Shown here one piece after another: positions 1 to 8,703 of a DNA stretch of 31,743 bases. Source of the DNA: a virus (lineage: Duplodnaviria > Caudoviricetes); IMG/VR virus record IMGVR_UViG_3300049208_000029, positions 1 through 31,743 of that record; one strand, given 5' to 3'. Positions within the stretch are counted from its first letter, which is position 1, and every line of letters begins with the position of its first letter. The translations under genes and the position numbers were made by a program. The notes under the pieces were generated by a model. It was given only the letters and a program-made list of their open reading frames with translations, made no database searches and was not told where the DNA came from.

Positions 1-541
1 CGATTTCTGCTTTCAGCTCATCCAGCGTTGCCGCCGAAAGCTTGCCCTGTGCATCGAGGACGACCACAACAGGCTTCCCATCGCGCTGCTCGACGCTCAG
101 ACGGCGTTCGATGTGCGGCAACAGGGCTTTGGCGCTGCCTTGAACAGCCAAGGCAGACGCGATGTCAGTAGCGGTACGGCCGACAGTCAGATCCCGGATC
201 TGCCCGCTCAGCGTTCCACGCTCCTGTTCCAGCATGCCGTTCAGCTCAGCCTCGCGGCGGTTGTATTTCTCGGACCAGGAACGTTCGAGCTCTTCGACGT
301 TGCCGGATTTGCGAGCGGCCTCTTCACGCTCCAGCCGTGCTGCTTCTTCAGCTTCACGCGCCTTTTTCTCGGCCAGTTTTTTCTCGCCGAGCAGTTCATC
401 AACCTTGGCCTTCAGGCCGGATACATCTTCTTGCTGCGGTAGACCTTCAATGCCGAGTACGAACTTGCCGTCCTTCTCGGTGTAAAGGGCGCGCACGGCT
501 TCATCTACCCCGTCGAGGGTATCCAGTTGGAATTTCAGCAT
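1..541 (-). CDS. Capsid scaffolding protein (3' truncated by window)
   Basis: Manual translation from ATG at 541: MLKFQLDTLDGVDEAVRALYTEKDGKFVLGIEGLPQQEDVSGLKAKVDELLGEKK..., charged coiled-coil; GGGAGA RBS; follows minor head gene. Confidence 0.8.
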   Translation of the reverse strand, partial: MLKFQLDTLDGVDEAVRALYTEKDGKFVLGIEGLPQQEDVSGLKAKVDELLGEKKLAEKKAREAEEAARLEREEAARKSGNVEELERSWSEKYNRREAELNGMLEQERGTLSGQIRDLTVGRTATDIASALAVQGSAKALLPHIERRLSVEQRDGKPVVVVLDAQGKLSAATLDELKAEI

Positions 542-600
542 TGGTTGTCTCCCAGAGACTTAGATGTGCAGGCCCTGCCTGCAGATAGGAAAAACAAAGG

Positions 601-646
601 TTGCGGGCGCGTCATTTATTTCATATATTTCATTTGGGAAATGAAA
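601..646 (+). promoter_or_regulatory. Sigma70-like promoter with overlapping inverted repeat for moron 660..1259
   Basis: TTGCGG(601-606)-N17-TATATT(624-629); TTTCATTT-ggg-AAATGAAA (628-646). Confidence 0.5.
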
Positions 647-659
647 AAGAGGAAAAACC

Positions 660-1259
660 ATGACCCTGAAACAAAATGTGCAGTTCATTAACGACGAGAA
701 AGGCCGGCCTCTATTCGCCGTGCTTCCTTACCACTTTTACGAGGTTCTTATGACCAACCATCCGATGGCAGAAACACTGCCAACCCCCCTACTGAAAGAC
801 GACCGCTACATCGAACTACCTGAAGCTGATGGCGAACACATTGACTTGGTACGTTTGGTCGATTACTGCCTGCGCCAAGCGACAGTGTCGTTCGGAGCCG
901 ACGACGACAGAGCGGAAAATTTTGAGCTTTATCGTGACAGCTTGCCCGTCAACGCTCGCACCCAAGCCCTTGAACGCTTCGACAGCCAGTTCTCTGGCGG
1001 ACTGGACCCGCTGATCCGCCGCTTCTTCCTGCCGAAGGACTCGCCTTATCGCAACACCATGCAGGCTACGACGGCGGTAGTTGACGCCATCGTAAAAACT
1101 GGCATTTTCACGAAGACAAAGCGGAAGTTTGATTTCTACCGCCCAGTAAACGCTCTCGACTTCAACGTGGAAGCAGGTCGCGCTTATCTGGACGGCAAGC
1201 CAGCGGTTGAGAATCCGATCCCCACGTATTTTTGGCACAGCCAAGAAACCTACCGCTAA
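660..1259 (+). CDS. Moron, hypothetical protein with antitoxin/regulator-like N-terminus
   Basis: 199 aa ORF, AGAGGA RBS, opposite to head operon; N-terminus VQFINDEKGRPLFAVLPY resembles antitoxin-type N-terminal motifs. Confidence 0.75.
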   Translation: MTLKQNVQFINDEKGRPLFAVLPYHFYEVLMTNHPMAETLPTPLLKDDRYIELPEADGEHIDLVRLVDYCLRQATVSFGADDDRAENFELYRDSLPVNARTQALERFDSQFSGGLDPLIRRFFLPKDSPYRNTMQATTAVVDAIVKTGIFTKTKRKFDFYRPVNALDFNVEAGRAYLDGKPAVENPIPTYFWHSQETYR

Positions 1260-2347
1260 AAGTCTAGCCCCGCGCGTTCGAATGCAAGGGGCTCGATTGC
1301 CTTCATCTGAGCAAGTGTCATCGGTACAAAATTGCGATCCAGCTGAAGCTCGGCGAAGCGATCGACACTCAGCCCGCCTTCGCGGAACAGCTTCGCCCGT
1401 ACCGGTCCTATGGCCTTGTCTTGAAACGCCGCAGGCTGCTGCTTGAGCCAGTCGTAGTAGCTGAGGTCTGCCCTCACCTGCTGCGCGCCGCCATCACCGA
1501 TGGATGCACGGGTGGCATCCTTGGCGAACAGCGCGCTGAACCGAGTCACCGCCACCACCGTCGAACGGCAGTTGATGTGGATGGGTGGCCTCGGCCCCTC
1601 AGTGAGCTTGAACCGGCGCTTATCCAGCGTCCGGCATTGGCTGGTGGTCTTGGAATCTAGCGTGCTGACCCACTCCACCGACGGAACGACATCGGAGTTC
1701 GCTTTCAGCGTCTCCATGCGCGCTTGAGTTGCGACGTGCTGTACCGCCGTACGCACGATCGAACCGGCATTCCGGTTGGTCGAGGCAAGGATGCCGTCGT
1801 TGTACTTTAGCGCCTTGGTGCCGCGAATGTTCTTGATTATCTGGAAGTTGGTCTGGCCTTCAAAGAAGCCCTGCCGGATCGCGCCAGTTACGCGCTGACG
1901 CTCCGTGGTAGTGAAGCCATCAATGAACGACTTGAGCAGCTTGCCGCCGTCCGCGCCACGCACGCTCAGCGGGTTGGTAAGGATTGCGGCCCTGATCGCA
2001 GCAGCACCTGGCACCGCCGCATCGAACGAGACGCCGACCGGCGCCGCACGGGTCAAACCGGTCGCTTCAAACTCGGCCTCGTAGTTGGCGATATCCACCA
2101 GATCGAGATTCAGCTTCTCGCTATACCGGTCGAAGATGCCGAGCAGCAGGCTGTCGACCTCGCTCAGCAGCCGCTCCAAGCGAGCGACGGTGTAATCCGT
2201 CAGATCCACACGGGTCAACCGCTCACGGATCGAGCGGTCGATCTCCTTGAGGAACGGCGCGAACTTCGCCACCTCCCCCGACTTCAACTGCTCGAGGAAG
2301 ACGGCGTGCCGGATCGTGGCATCAAGGATTGCTTGGTTTGCCGCCAT
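1256..2347 (-). CDS. Minor head protein, SPP1 gp7 / Mu gpF family
   Basis: C-terminal WVSTLDSKT..C..LD and PPIHINCRS motifs; follows portal. Confidence 0.92.
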   Translation of the reverse strand: MAANQAILDATIRHAVFLEQLKSGEVAKFAPFLKEIDRSIRERLTRVDLTDYTVARLERLLSEVDSLLLGIFDRYSEKLNLDLVDIANYEAEFEATGLTRAAPVGVSFDAAVPGAAAIRAAILTNPLSVRGADGGKLLKSFIDGFTTTERQRVTGAIRQGFFEGQTNFQIIKNIRGTKALKYNDGILASTNRNAGSIVRTAVQHVATQARMETLKANSDVVPSVEWVSTLDSKTTSQCRTLDKRRFKLTEGPRPPIHINCRSTVVAVTRFSALFAKDATRASIGDGGAQQVRADLSYYDWLKQQPAAFQDKAIGPVRAKLFREGGLSVDRFAELQLDRNFVPMTLAQMKAIEPLAFERAGLDF

Positions 2348-3782
2348 TCGGAATTACCTCGGTATCGTCTAGTGCTGGCCCGGCGCTCTGCGCTTCGAGT
2401 TCGTCCCGAATTTCATCGTCCGTCTTCTCGGGGTTGATCACGCCGCGATCGCGCAGGTACTGCCAGAAGTCGCCTTCCGGCAGCTTGCCGCCCTGCACTG
2501 CGTTGAACAGCGCTGCCAGGATCGTCGCGTCCAGAGTGATCTGGCTGAAGTCCTGATTGAGCTTGTAGACGACCTCGCCTGTGGCGTTAACGAACTCGGC
2601 CATCCACTCGAGGCATTGGCTGTAGGCTTCGCTCACGTTGCTGACCACCAGCGATAGAACGCTGTGTTCTGCGGCGCTGTCGTTGTCGGCCTGAGTGGCC
2701 GTCTTTACCGCGCTGCCTCGCTCAATCAACCGGGCGCCGAGTGAAACCATGTCCTGTTTCTTGGACTCCATGGCCTCCTTGGCCACCGTGTTCGGCTGAG
2801 CCTGCCAAACCCCGCAGGTGCCGTTTACCGGAAGCAGCCAAGGCGCCCGGGAGCCGAGAAATATCCCGCTAGTTTCCATGTGATCGCGCCACTGCTCATC
2901 GAGGCCAGCCATCCAGGGCTGAGGCTGTCCAACCAGATAGGCCGCCTCCTCATAATCCGCGCTGTTGCGGTAATGACCGATGTTCACTTCGGCCATGTCG
3001 TACAGAGGTGCGTCGTCGATGGTCGTGTCGTTGTTCTCGCTGCCAACAAATTGGAACGGGATCATTCGCCATGGCCGGCCGATCCCATTCAGTGGAGTGA
3101 AGGGCGCGACCGTCTGAGTTGTCGCGCTTGAACCCTCCTCCCAGACCTCCTGCGTGTACTGCCCAGCGACATCGAGGCGCAGCACCCGGTATTGCACGAC
3201 CTGTTCACTACCAAACCCGTCGTCGGTATCGACGTCGACCGTCTCACGCAGCACGACAAGGCTCAGCAGGTGCTGGCCGCCGACTTGGCGAGTTTTCCAG
3301 TTGATGATTGATTCAGCGGTGTAGCTGGCGATGTTCGCCCGGGCACGGCCGGATAATTCGTCGGCCTTGCTGACAGTTCCAGCCTCGACTGCGGCGTAGT
3401 CCACCAGCAGTCCGTGGCGCCCCACTTCGAGTAGGTGCCCGATTACCGATTGCGACTGCTGGTAAACACTCACACCCTGACCGTCGATGTCCTTTGACAC
3501 GTAGTCGAGGGCGCCGGGGACAGTCAGGGTCGGCCAGGTACGGAACACCGCCCCCACCAGACTGTGCTTCGTACGACCAGTGGCGTTGTAGAAGACTGCG
3601 CGCTTCTTGTACGCCTCATAGCGATCCCTGTTATCTCGACTGGTGTCGGAGGCGTTCGGCCTTGGCAAATATCGGTCGCCAGCCTCCTTGATGGTTTCCG
3701 ACCCTTTGCAGACGTCGCGCACCAAGCGCCAGCGGTACTGTGCCGCCTTGTACTCGGGACGAGTAAAAGTGACGTCCATCAT
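2322..3782 (-). CDS. Portal protein (DUF4055-type)
   Basis: 486 aa, directly after terminase; YKKRAVFYNATGRT and NIGHYRNSADYEE motifs. Confidence 0.88.
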   Translation of the reverse strand: MMDVTFTRPEYKAAQYRWRLVRDVCKGSETIKEAGDRYLPRPNASDTSRDNRDRYEAYKKRAVFYNATGRTKHSLVGAVFRTWPTLTVPGALDYVSKDIDGQGVSVYQQSQSVIGHLLEVGRHGLLVDYAAVEAGTVSKADELSGRARANIASYTAESIINWKTRQVGGQHLLSLVVLRETVDVDTDDGFGSEQVVQYRVLRLDVAGQYTQEVWEEGSSATTQTVAPFTPLNGIGRPWRMIPFQFVGSENNDTTIDDAPLYDMAEVNIGHYRNSADYEEAAYLVGQPQPWMAGLDEQWRDHMETSGIFLGSRAPWLLPVNGTCGVWQAQPNTVAKEAMESKKQDMVSLGARLIERGSAVKTATQADNDSAAEHSVLSLVVSNVSEAYSQCLEWMAEFVNATGEVVYKLNQDFSQITLDATILAALFNAVQGGKLPEGDFWQYLRDRGVINPEKTDDEIRDELEAQSAGPALDDTEVIPNGGKPSNP

Positions 3783-5080
3783 CGGGCGACTCCCATTTTC
3801 ATTGAGGTGACCGGTTTAACGATCGGGTACTCGCGGTGAATGAAGTAACCGCCGCCGTCGTTGGCGTGGTCGTTGCCTTGGCTTTTGTCCGGCTCGCCGT
3901 TGGGCGCCCAGATCTGCTGTTCCAAGCCATCGGCGTAGGTCGGGCATGTAACCGGGTTCACCAGGTAACGCCGCTCGCCCTGCGCGTTGCAGAACATGGC
4001 GTTCATGGCGTTGATTCGGTCCTTCACCGGTGGGTTGGCCGCCGGCGCGATGACCGTGAAGCCTGCCTGCTTGAGCATGGCGATATCGGTGAGGCTGGCA
4101 TTAACAGATTTGCGCGAATCGCCGGAGGCGTCCGGGTAGATCCGGATCTCGCAGGTCTTCTTGTAGTCGTTGCCGGTGTGTTCCCAGTACCGCTCTTTGA
4201 TTCGACGAATCATGTCAGGCGTGTCGTAGCCATCCATCAATTCGTCCACGGCGCGCGGCAGGCCCTGGTCACGTTTGACGTGCGTAATCGCCGCCATCTT
4301 GCCGACGTTGAAGTCCATGCCGATGAACAGCGGCTCGCCGGGCTGCACAGTGTCGAAGCACTGGTTCAGCTTTCGGTCGTAGGCGTGGTAGATCGATCCA
4401 GACGTCAGGTTGACGAACTGGCCGTTCAGGTACGCGCGGATCAGTTGCTCAGGATATGACTCCATCAGCGAGGCGATGTAGTCGTCAGGCAGGTTCAGCT
4501 CGTTGTCGAAGGTGCTGGCCTGAATCAGTCCATACATTTCCTTCAGCGCCGGCTTGTCGCGCAGCTGCTTGACGAACTGGAGAAAGACGAACTTGAAGCC
4601 TTCCGGCGTCGTGGTCACGTCCACGCCGTTTTTGAGCCCGGGCAGGTTGTAACGCATCCGGGCAATGATCTTGCGCCAGGCTTGCTGAGCCTTGATCGAC
4701 GTCAATACGTCCAGCTCATCCACCAGGGCGTGACCGATCTTGAAGCCGACGATTGTTTGCGGCTTCTCCATCGACCGGCAAATCACAGTGCCGCGATACT
4801 GCCGGCCGCTGTAAATGTGAACCTCATGGTTCGCCTGGTTGATCTTGGTCTTCAGTCCCCAGTCGTAAGCCACTTCCTCCATCGTGGGATAGAAGATGTC
4901 GCGGATCTGCGGGTAAGTCGGTGCGAAGTAACCAGCGTTGACGCCCGGCCACTCCATGAAGTGCTTGCTGAGCGCCGAGCAGCCGACCCAGGTCTTTCCC
5001 GAGCCGAAGCCAGCAACGAATGCGCGAAACTTGTGGGGCAAGAGCAGGAACTGCGACTGCGGAACGTTAAGGCTCGGCAT
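3779..5080 (-). CDS. terL: Terminase large subunit
   Basis: Walker A GFGSGKT, Walker B LVDE, TTTPEG coupling motif, nuclease GMDFN and DHANDG; start at ATG 5080 preferred. Confidence 0.95.
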   Translation of the reverse strand: MPSLNVPQSQFLLLPHKFRAFVAGFGSGKTWVGCSALSKHFMEWPGVNAGYFAPTYPQIRDIFYPTMEEVAYDWGLKTKINQANHEVHIYSGRQYRGTVICRSMEKPQTIVGFKIGHALVDELDVLTSIKAQQAWRKIIARMRYNLPGLKNGVDVTTTPEGFKFVFLQFVKQLRDKPALKEMYGLIQASTFDNELNLPDDYIASLMESYPEQLIRAYLNGQFVNLTSGSIYHAYDRKLNQCFDTVQPGEPLFIGMDFNVGKMAAITHVKRDQGLPRAVDELMDGYDTPDMIRRIKERYWEHTGNDYKKTCEIRIYPDASGDSRKSVNASLTDIAMLKQAGFTVIAPAANPPVKDRINAMNAMFCNAQGERRYLVNPVTCPTYADGLEQQIWAPNGEPDKSQGNDHANDGGGYFIHREYPIVKPVTSMKMGVAR

Positions 5081-5528
5081 TCGGTTTCCTCGCATCCACT
5101 ACGTCGACCTGAATGCGCGTCGGGATTGCCGGCTCATCATCAGGCTCGTCCTTACGGTTGCGATTGACGTAGACGTCGCCGACTTCCTTCGCAGCCTGCT
5201 CGAGGATCTGCATGGCGAGGCCGATGTTCTTCATCGTCTCGGCCCGCTCGACAAAACGGTTCATGGCCCGGAGCCGGAACGCTCGGTTGGCGATCGGGAT
5301 CTCTGCGGTCTCTTCACGAAAGCGCTTGCGGGCATCTTCAAACATCGTCACCCAGCGCTTGGCGAGGCCTTTCCCTGATGTCTTCGTGGGGTCGTGAGTC
5401 TCCACCTGCTGGCGAGTCACCGAGATCCCGTATTCCTTTTGGACGGCTTCAACAACCTGTGAAGGCGTGTCGAAGCACGCCAAGGCCTGAACGATAAAGG
5501 CCTTCACGTCGTTTTGAAGGGCTGCCAT
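5067..5528 (-). CDS. Terminase small subunit (DUF2280-type)
   Basis: 153 aa overlapping terL start; AFIVQALACFDTPSQV...QAAKEVGDVYVN pattern. Confidence 0.8.
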   Translation of the reverse strand: MAALQNDVKAFIVQALACFDTPSQVVEAVQKEYGISVTRQQVETHDPTKTSGKGLAKRWVTMFEDARKRFREETAEIPIANRAFRLRAMNRFVERAETMKNIGLAMQILEQAAKEVGDVYVNRNRKDEPDDEPAIPTRIQVDVVDARKPNAEP

Positions 5529-5559
5529 AGATTTTCATCCGTCCAGAGCCTGTCCAGAA

Positions 5560-6183
5560 TCAGGCCGACTTGAGCAGACAGGTTCCGCAGGCCCTCGATA
5601 TGTTCAATTTCCCTACCTCGGCAGGATTATTTGCAGCGTCCACCAGCTCTTGCACTTGAGGGCTTGCCCCATACCGACGCACTACACCGACGAACTCTTC
5701 AACGTCGTGTCCGCGCATCTCAAGCTTGGGCAATCCTTCCTGGGTGAACTTGGGTGCGCCGTACTGATCGGTCGCCTGGGCGATGTGGTACAGCTCATGC
5801 TCCACCAGTGCGCAGAAGTCAGCGTCAGAGCACTGAGCGCAGTAATCGGCAGCCAGGGTGATGATGTAGGTCGGCACATCGCCGAACCAGTCCAGCATCT
5901 GTTGCTCCATTCGGGCCTTCTGCCAGCCACCAGCGCGGAACGCTACCTGTTCAGCCTGGCCCACCACTGTTCGTCCCTTCTTCGTGAAGGCAGCAGACGC
6001 CCACATCACTCTCACGTCCGCATCGATCAGATGGGCGTGGTCTTCGTTGTGGATGCCGCCGGTATTGGCGAGGATCTCGGCCTGAAGCCACTCCCACACC
6101 TCGGGCGCGGGGATAAGGCGGATACCAAAGCCGGACAGCTCAGACAGGTCGAGCAGCGGCTGAGGCGGCATTGGTCGATTCAT
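5560..6183 (-). CDS. Putative phage metallopeptidase
   Basis: HELYH (HEXXH) and HDVEEF motifs; upstream of terminase. Confidence 0.85.
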   Translation of the reverse strand: MNRPMPPQPLLDLSELSGFGIRLIPAPEVWEWLQAEILANTGGIHNEDHAHLIDADVRVMWASAAFTKKGRTVVGQAEQVAFRAGGWQKARMEQQMLDWFGDVPTYIITLAADYCAQCSDADFCALVEHELYHIAQATDQYGAPKFTQEGLPKLEMRGHDVEEFVGVVRRYGASPQVQELVDAANNPAEVGKLNISRACGTCLLKSA

Positions 6184-6242
6184 TTCATCTCCATCCGCCC
6201 ACTCAACTAAGATCAGTTGGTCTCATAAAGGGAAATCCGTAA

Positions 6243-6440
6243 GTGAGCCATCGCATTGATGAAACAGCTGTATTGAAGGCCGCATCAGAATGGGCGGAGC
6301 GAACCGGGAGGAACACCGAGACGGTAAGCTCAACCGCTCAGGACGTCATGGTGAGGCTTAAGTCCAAGCTCACCGCTTCCAAATATCAGGGAGCGCTCAA
6401 GCAGCTTCATGGTCAATACAAGCGCGATAATGTCTCTTGA
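6243..6440 (+). CDS. Small hypothetical moron
   Basis: 65 aa ORF with GTG start and AAGGGA upstream; fills an otherwise empty gap antisense to the late operon. Confidence 0.5.
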   Translation: MSHRIDETAVLKAASEWAERTGRNTETVSSTAQDVMVRLKSKLTASKYQGALKQLHGQYKRDNVS

Positions 6441-6447
6441 CCAGTGT

Positions 6448-6483
6448 CGCGACACAATTTGCACTCTCGCGAAACGTGTCGCG
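6448..6483. repeat. Dispersed palindrome copy 1
   Basis: CGCGACACA-N18-CGTGTCGCG. Confidence 0.75.
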
Positions 6484-6485
6484 AC

Positions 6486-6986
6486 CTACTTGCTCTTCTG
6501 TGCAGCAGCGTATGCAGCCTCACACGCAAAGCCGGCTATTCGGCTTCGATCAAGCGCTTCTGCCAGTCTTCCCGCTTCTTCGTCAGCGCTTCTACGCAGG
6601 TCGGCGAGCAGAACGGCAAGGTCGGCTCTTGCCTGGCTTCCGCTGGCAACCTCGGAAGCACAAGACTTTCGCTTGGCGATGAGGTCGGTGATTTGCTGCT
6701 GCAGGCTGCGAGCCCGGTTATCAGCAACAACAACGGCAGCCGATACATGCTCAGTTTTGGCTTTCGCATCGTCGGAGACTCGGTTGATGTCATTGGTGAT
6801 CCCGCGCTGAATGCGGAGCGTGTTGGTGAGCGAATCCACTCGGGCGGTCGCGGTGTCGCGCTCGGCGGTTATGGTTGCTCGATCGTCCTTCACGCTATCG
6901 AGACGAAGCGATAGGTAACCGACAGCTGCGAGCGCTGCCAGCACTACCCACGCCCACGCGGGAACCAGCTTCAGCAACGCGTTCAC
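6486..6986 (-). CDS. Inner-membrane spanin (Rz-like, DUF2514-type)
   Basis: N-terminal TM then coiled coil, two Cys; contains nested lipoprotein ORF. Confidence 0.85.
   Translation of the reverse strand: MNALLKLVPAWAWVVLAALAAVGYLSLRLDSVKDDRATITAERDTATARVDSLTNTLRIQRGITNDINRVSDDAKAKTEHVSAAVVVADNRARSLQQQITDLIAKRKSCASEVASGSQARADLAVLLADLRRSADEEAGRLAEALDRSRIAGFACEAAYAAAQKSK
6536..6748 (-). CDS. Outer-membrane spanin lipoprotein (Rz1-like), fully embedded in Rz
   Basis: MYRLPLLLLITGLAA-C lipobox, Pro/Ser-rich mature part, alternative frame; start 6748 or 6769. Confidence 0.8.
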   Translation of the reverse strand: MYRLPLLLLITGLAACSSKSPTSSPSESLVLPRLPAEARQEPTLPFCSPTCVEALTKKREDWQKRLIEAE

Positions 6987-7321
6987 GGGGTCTGCCGCTC
7001 TACGGCTTCGTTGACCTTCTCCGCTGCCTTGCTCGCCGTGTCGGCGGCCTGGACTGCTGAGTTCGAGGCTTCCTGCACTTTCACCGCTGCATCCTGCGTC
7101 TGCTCGGCCAGGCTATTGAGTCGAACATCGCGCTTGCCCAGCGCAGCGTCGTACGCGGCGCGAACCTCGGCGAGCTGCTTCGTCTGCTCACTGCTGGCTG
7201 ACCACACACCGGTTTGGAAGCCGAGGATCAGTCCGCCGGCGAGCAGCAGCGCGGCGATCACCCAGATCTCTGCCCGACGCCACCAGCGGCGAGCAATGAA
7301 TTCCATAGCGCATCTGTCCAT
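6983..7321 (-). CDS. Lysis-region membrane protein
   Basis: Basic N-terminus, one TM, Ala-rich coiled coil; overlaps neighbours at both ends. Confidence 0.75.
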   Translation of the reverse strand: MDRCAMEFIARRWWRRAEIWVIAALLLAGGLILGFQTGVWSASSEQTKQLAEVRAAYDAALGKRDVRLNSLAEQTQDAAVKVQEASNSAVQAADTASKAAEKVNEAVERQTP

Positions 7322-7692
7322 CAGTTGACGCCTCCCAGCTTGGTACGCAGGCGGGCGATCTCTTCGCTCTGCGAGGTAACCGTGGCGGTAAGTTGTGCGA
7401 CTTGGCTAGTGAGGGCTTCGATCTTCCCCTCCATCCGCCCTACTGCTGCGGCAAGCTCGTTGCGTTCTTTGGCGAACTGGTCAGCGCGGGCTTCAGCTTC
7501 CTTCCGCGCAACACGCTCGGAGTCCAGCAGCTCATTCAGCCGGCGAAGCGTGAAAATGTCGGCGTTATCCATGGCCCGATCCGCAGCATCCTTCGAGAGG
7601 AATTTGCGCAACCAAAGGAAACCGCCGAAGAGGGTCAGGCCCGTACCGCCCAGCCAGGTAGCTGTGCCTGGGCCGAGGTCAGTAGGATCCAT
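7321..7692 (-). CDS. Lysis-region membrane protein (holin candidate)
   Basis: Single N-terminal hydrophobic segment plus coiled coil; GGAG RBS; first gene of lysis cassette. Confidence 0.7.
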   Translation of the reverse strand: MDPTDLGPGTATWLGGTGLTLFGGFLWLRKFLSKDAADRAMDNADIFTLRRLNELLDSERVARKEAEARADQFAKERNELAAAVGRMEGKIEALTSQVAQLTATVTSQSEEIARLRTKLGGVN

Positions 7693-7790
7693 CGCAACTC
7701 CATCATGAAAGCTGACCTATCAGGTCAGAGCGAATAAGTCGGCGTCCGCTGCACTCCCAGCTCGGGGCTATGGGTGTGGGGAGCCGAAAA

Positions 7791-7820
7791 CAAAAAAGCC
7801 CCAGCATTCGCTAGGGCTTG
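7791..7820 (-). terminator. Intrinsic terminator
   Basis: AAGCCCTAGC-GAAT-GCTGGGGCTT followed by T tract on minus strand. Confidence 0.8.
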
Positions 7821-7839
7821 TGAATTAATTCAATTGGTT

Positions 7840-8052
7840 CTAGGAATCTTTCTCGGAGCTTTTTCCAAACACCGTAGCAACATTTTCAGCCGCCGATTTG
7901 TCATTCAAAATCTTGTAGCCAGTGTAAAGAATGCCTGCTATTGCGGCGGCGCCGACTGCTAGTTCAACAAGCGGGTTATCAATTTTGACTCTGCCAACTT
8001 CAATTATTTTATCTATGCCACCAACACCGCCACCCTCGAATAAATCCTTCAT
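7840..8052 (-). CDS. Small AT-rich membrane protein (moron)
   Basis: MKDLFEGG... about 70 aa with one hydrophobic helix; followed by terminator; start uncertain (8052 or 8085). Confidence 0.55.
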   Translation of the reverse strand: MKDLFEGGGVGGIDKIIEVGRVKIDNPLVELAVGAAAIAGILYTGYKILNDKSAAENVATVFGKSSEKDS

Positions 8053-8134
8053 AGGCCACCCCGATATTTGTAGTGGCCAGATCATATCATCAAAAAGGAG
8101 ATGCCCTCGTAAGCATTAAGGCCTTGCTCACGCG

Positions 8135-8330
8135 CGCAGGTCTTTCCGAGCTGCCAACCAAGGACCATCCAAGCGTCGACGCCCCTTTGCATCGATATCG
8201 CTGCTCCTGTCTCGTGCCACTCCACAAGCATGTGAGGTCAGAGTGCGCGGGCTGCCGGTGTTGATTCCGTACGTTGCACTACTCAGCTATCGACGTCCAG
8301 ACCTTCCCTAGAGCCGCCTTGGCTACAGGT
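8135..8330 (-). ncRNA. Candidate structured RNA in late leader
   Basis: Long-range closing stem CUGUAGCCAAGG / CCUUGGUUGGCAG, internal hairpins, no credible ORF. Confidence 0.45.
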
Positions 8331-8343
8331 GAACTCGAGGCAT

Positions 8344-8372
8344 AAAAAAACCCGCTCGGTAGCGGGGTTTTT
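8344..8372. terminator. Bidirectional intrinsic terminator (tR'-like)
   Basis: A7-CCCGCT-cggt-AGCGGG-GT5. Confidence 0.85.
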
Positions 8373-8664
8373 GGTGAGCGAAAAGCTCAAATGAAACCGG
8401 CGGCAAGACCGCTTGCCAAGCAACTGCACCCTACGGCGTGAACGGTATCTACAACTGCTATCCCGAACGATTTAACCATAGAGCTAACCCCCTTCAAGGA
8501 CAAAACCGCCTTGGTCGGCATTACATTATTAATGGCTTCTGATTTGATCGCGGCCAAACTTAACAACGCCAGGGTGCTAGTTACCAATACTTCCGGAGTT
8601 GAACCGGCGCCTCCGTTTAACTGATGCGTCAATCCGTTACGCGCAAGATCGACAGGATGGATTA

Positions 8665-8693
8665 ATACTCTCTCACTTTCTCACTCATTGCAA
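8665..8693 (-). promoter_or_regulatory. Late promoter (pR'-like) with tandem repeat in spacer
   Basis: TTGCAA-N17-GAGTAT just after Q-like stop; spacer holds AGTGAGA twice at 8-bp period. Confidence 0.55.
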
Positions 8694-8703
8694 TGGCTTT
8701 TTG

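Noticed and set aside
113-588. Plus-strand ORFs 113..442, 162..485 and 337..588
   Set aside because: Shadows of the minus-strand scaffold gene
3836-5378. Plus-strand ORFs of 146-207 aa over the terminase genes
   Set aside because: Antisense shadows typical of GC-rich coding DNA; no motifs or RBS
8387-8632. 81-aa minus-strand ORF after the late promoter
   Set aside because: No convincing start, RBS or motif; may be a decayed moron but cannot be supported
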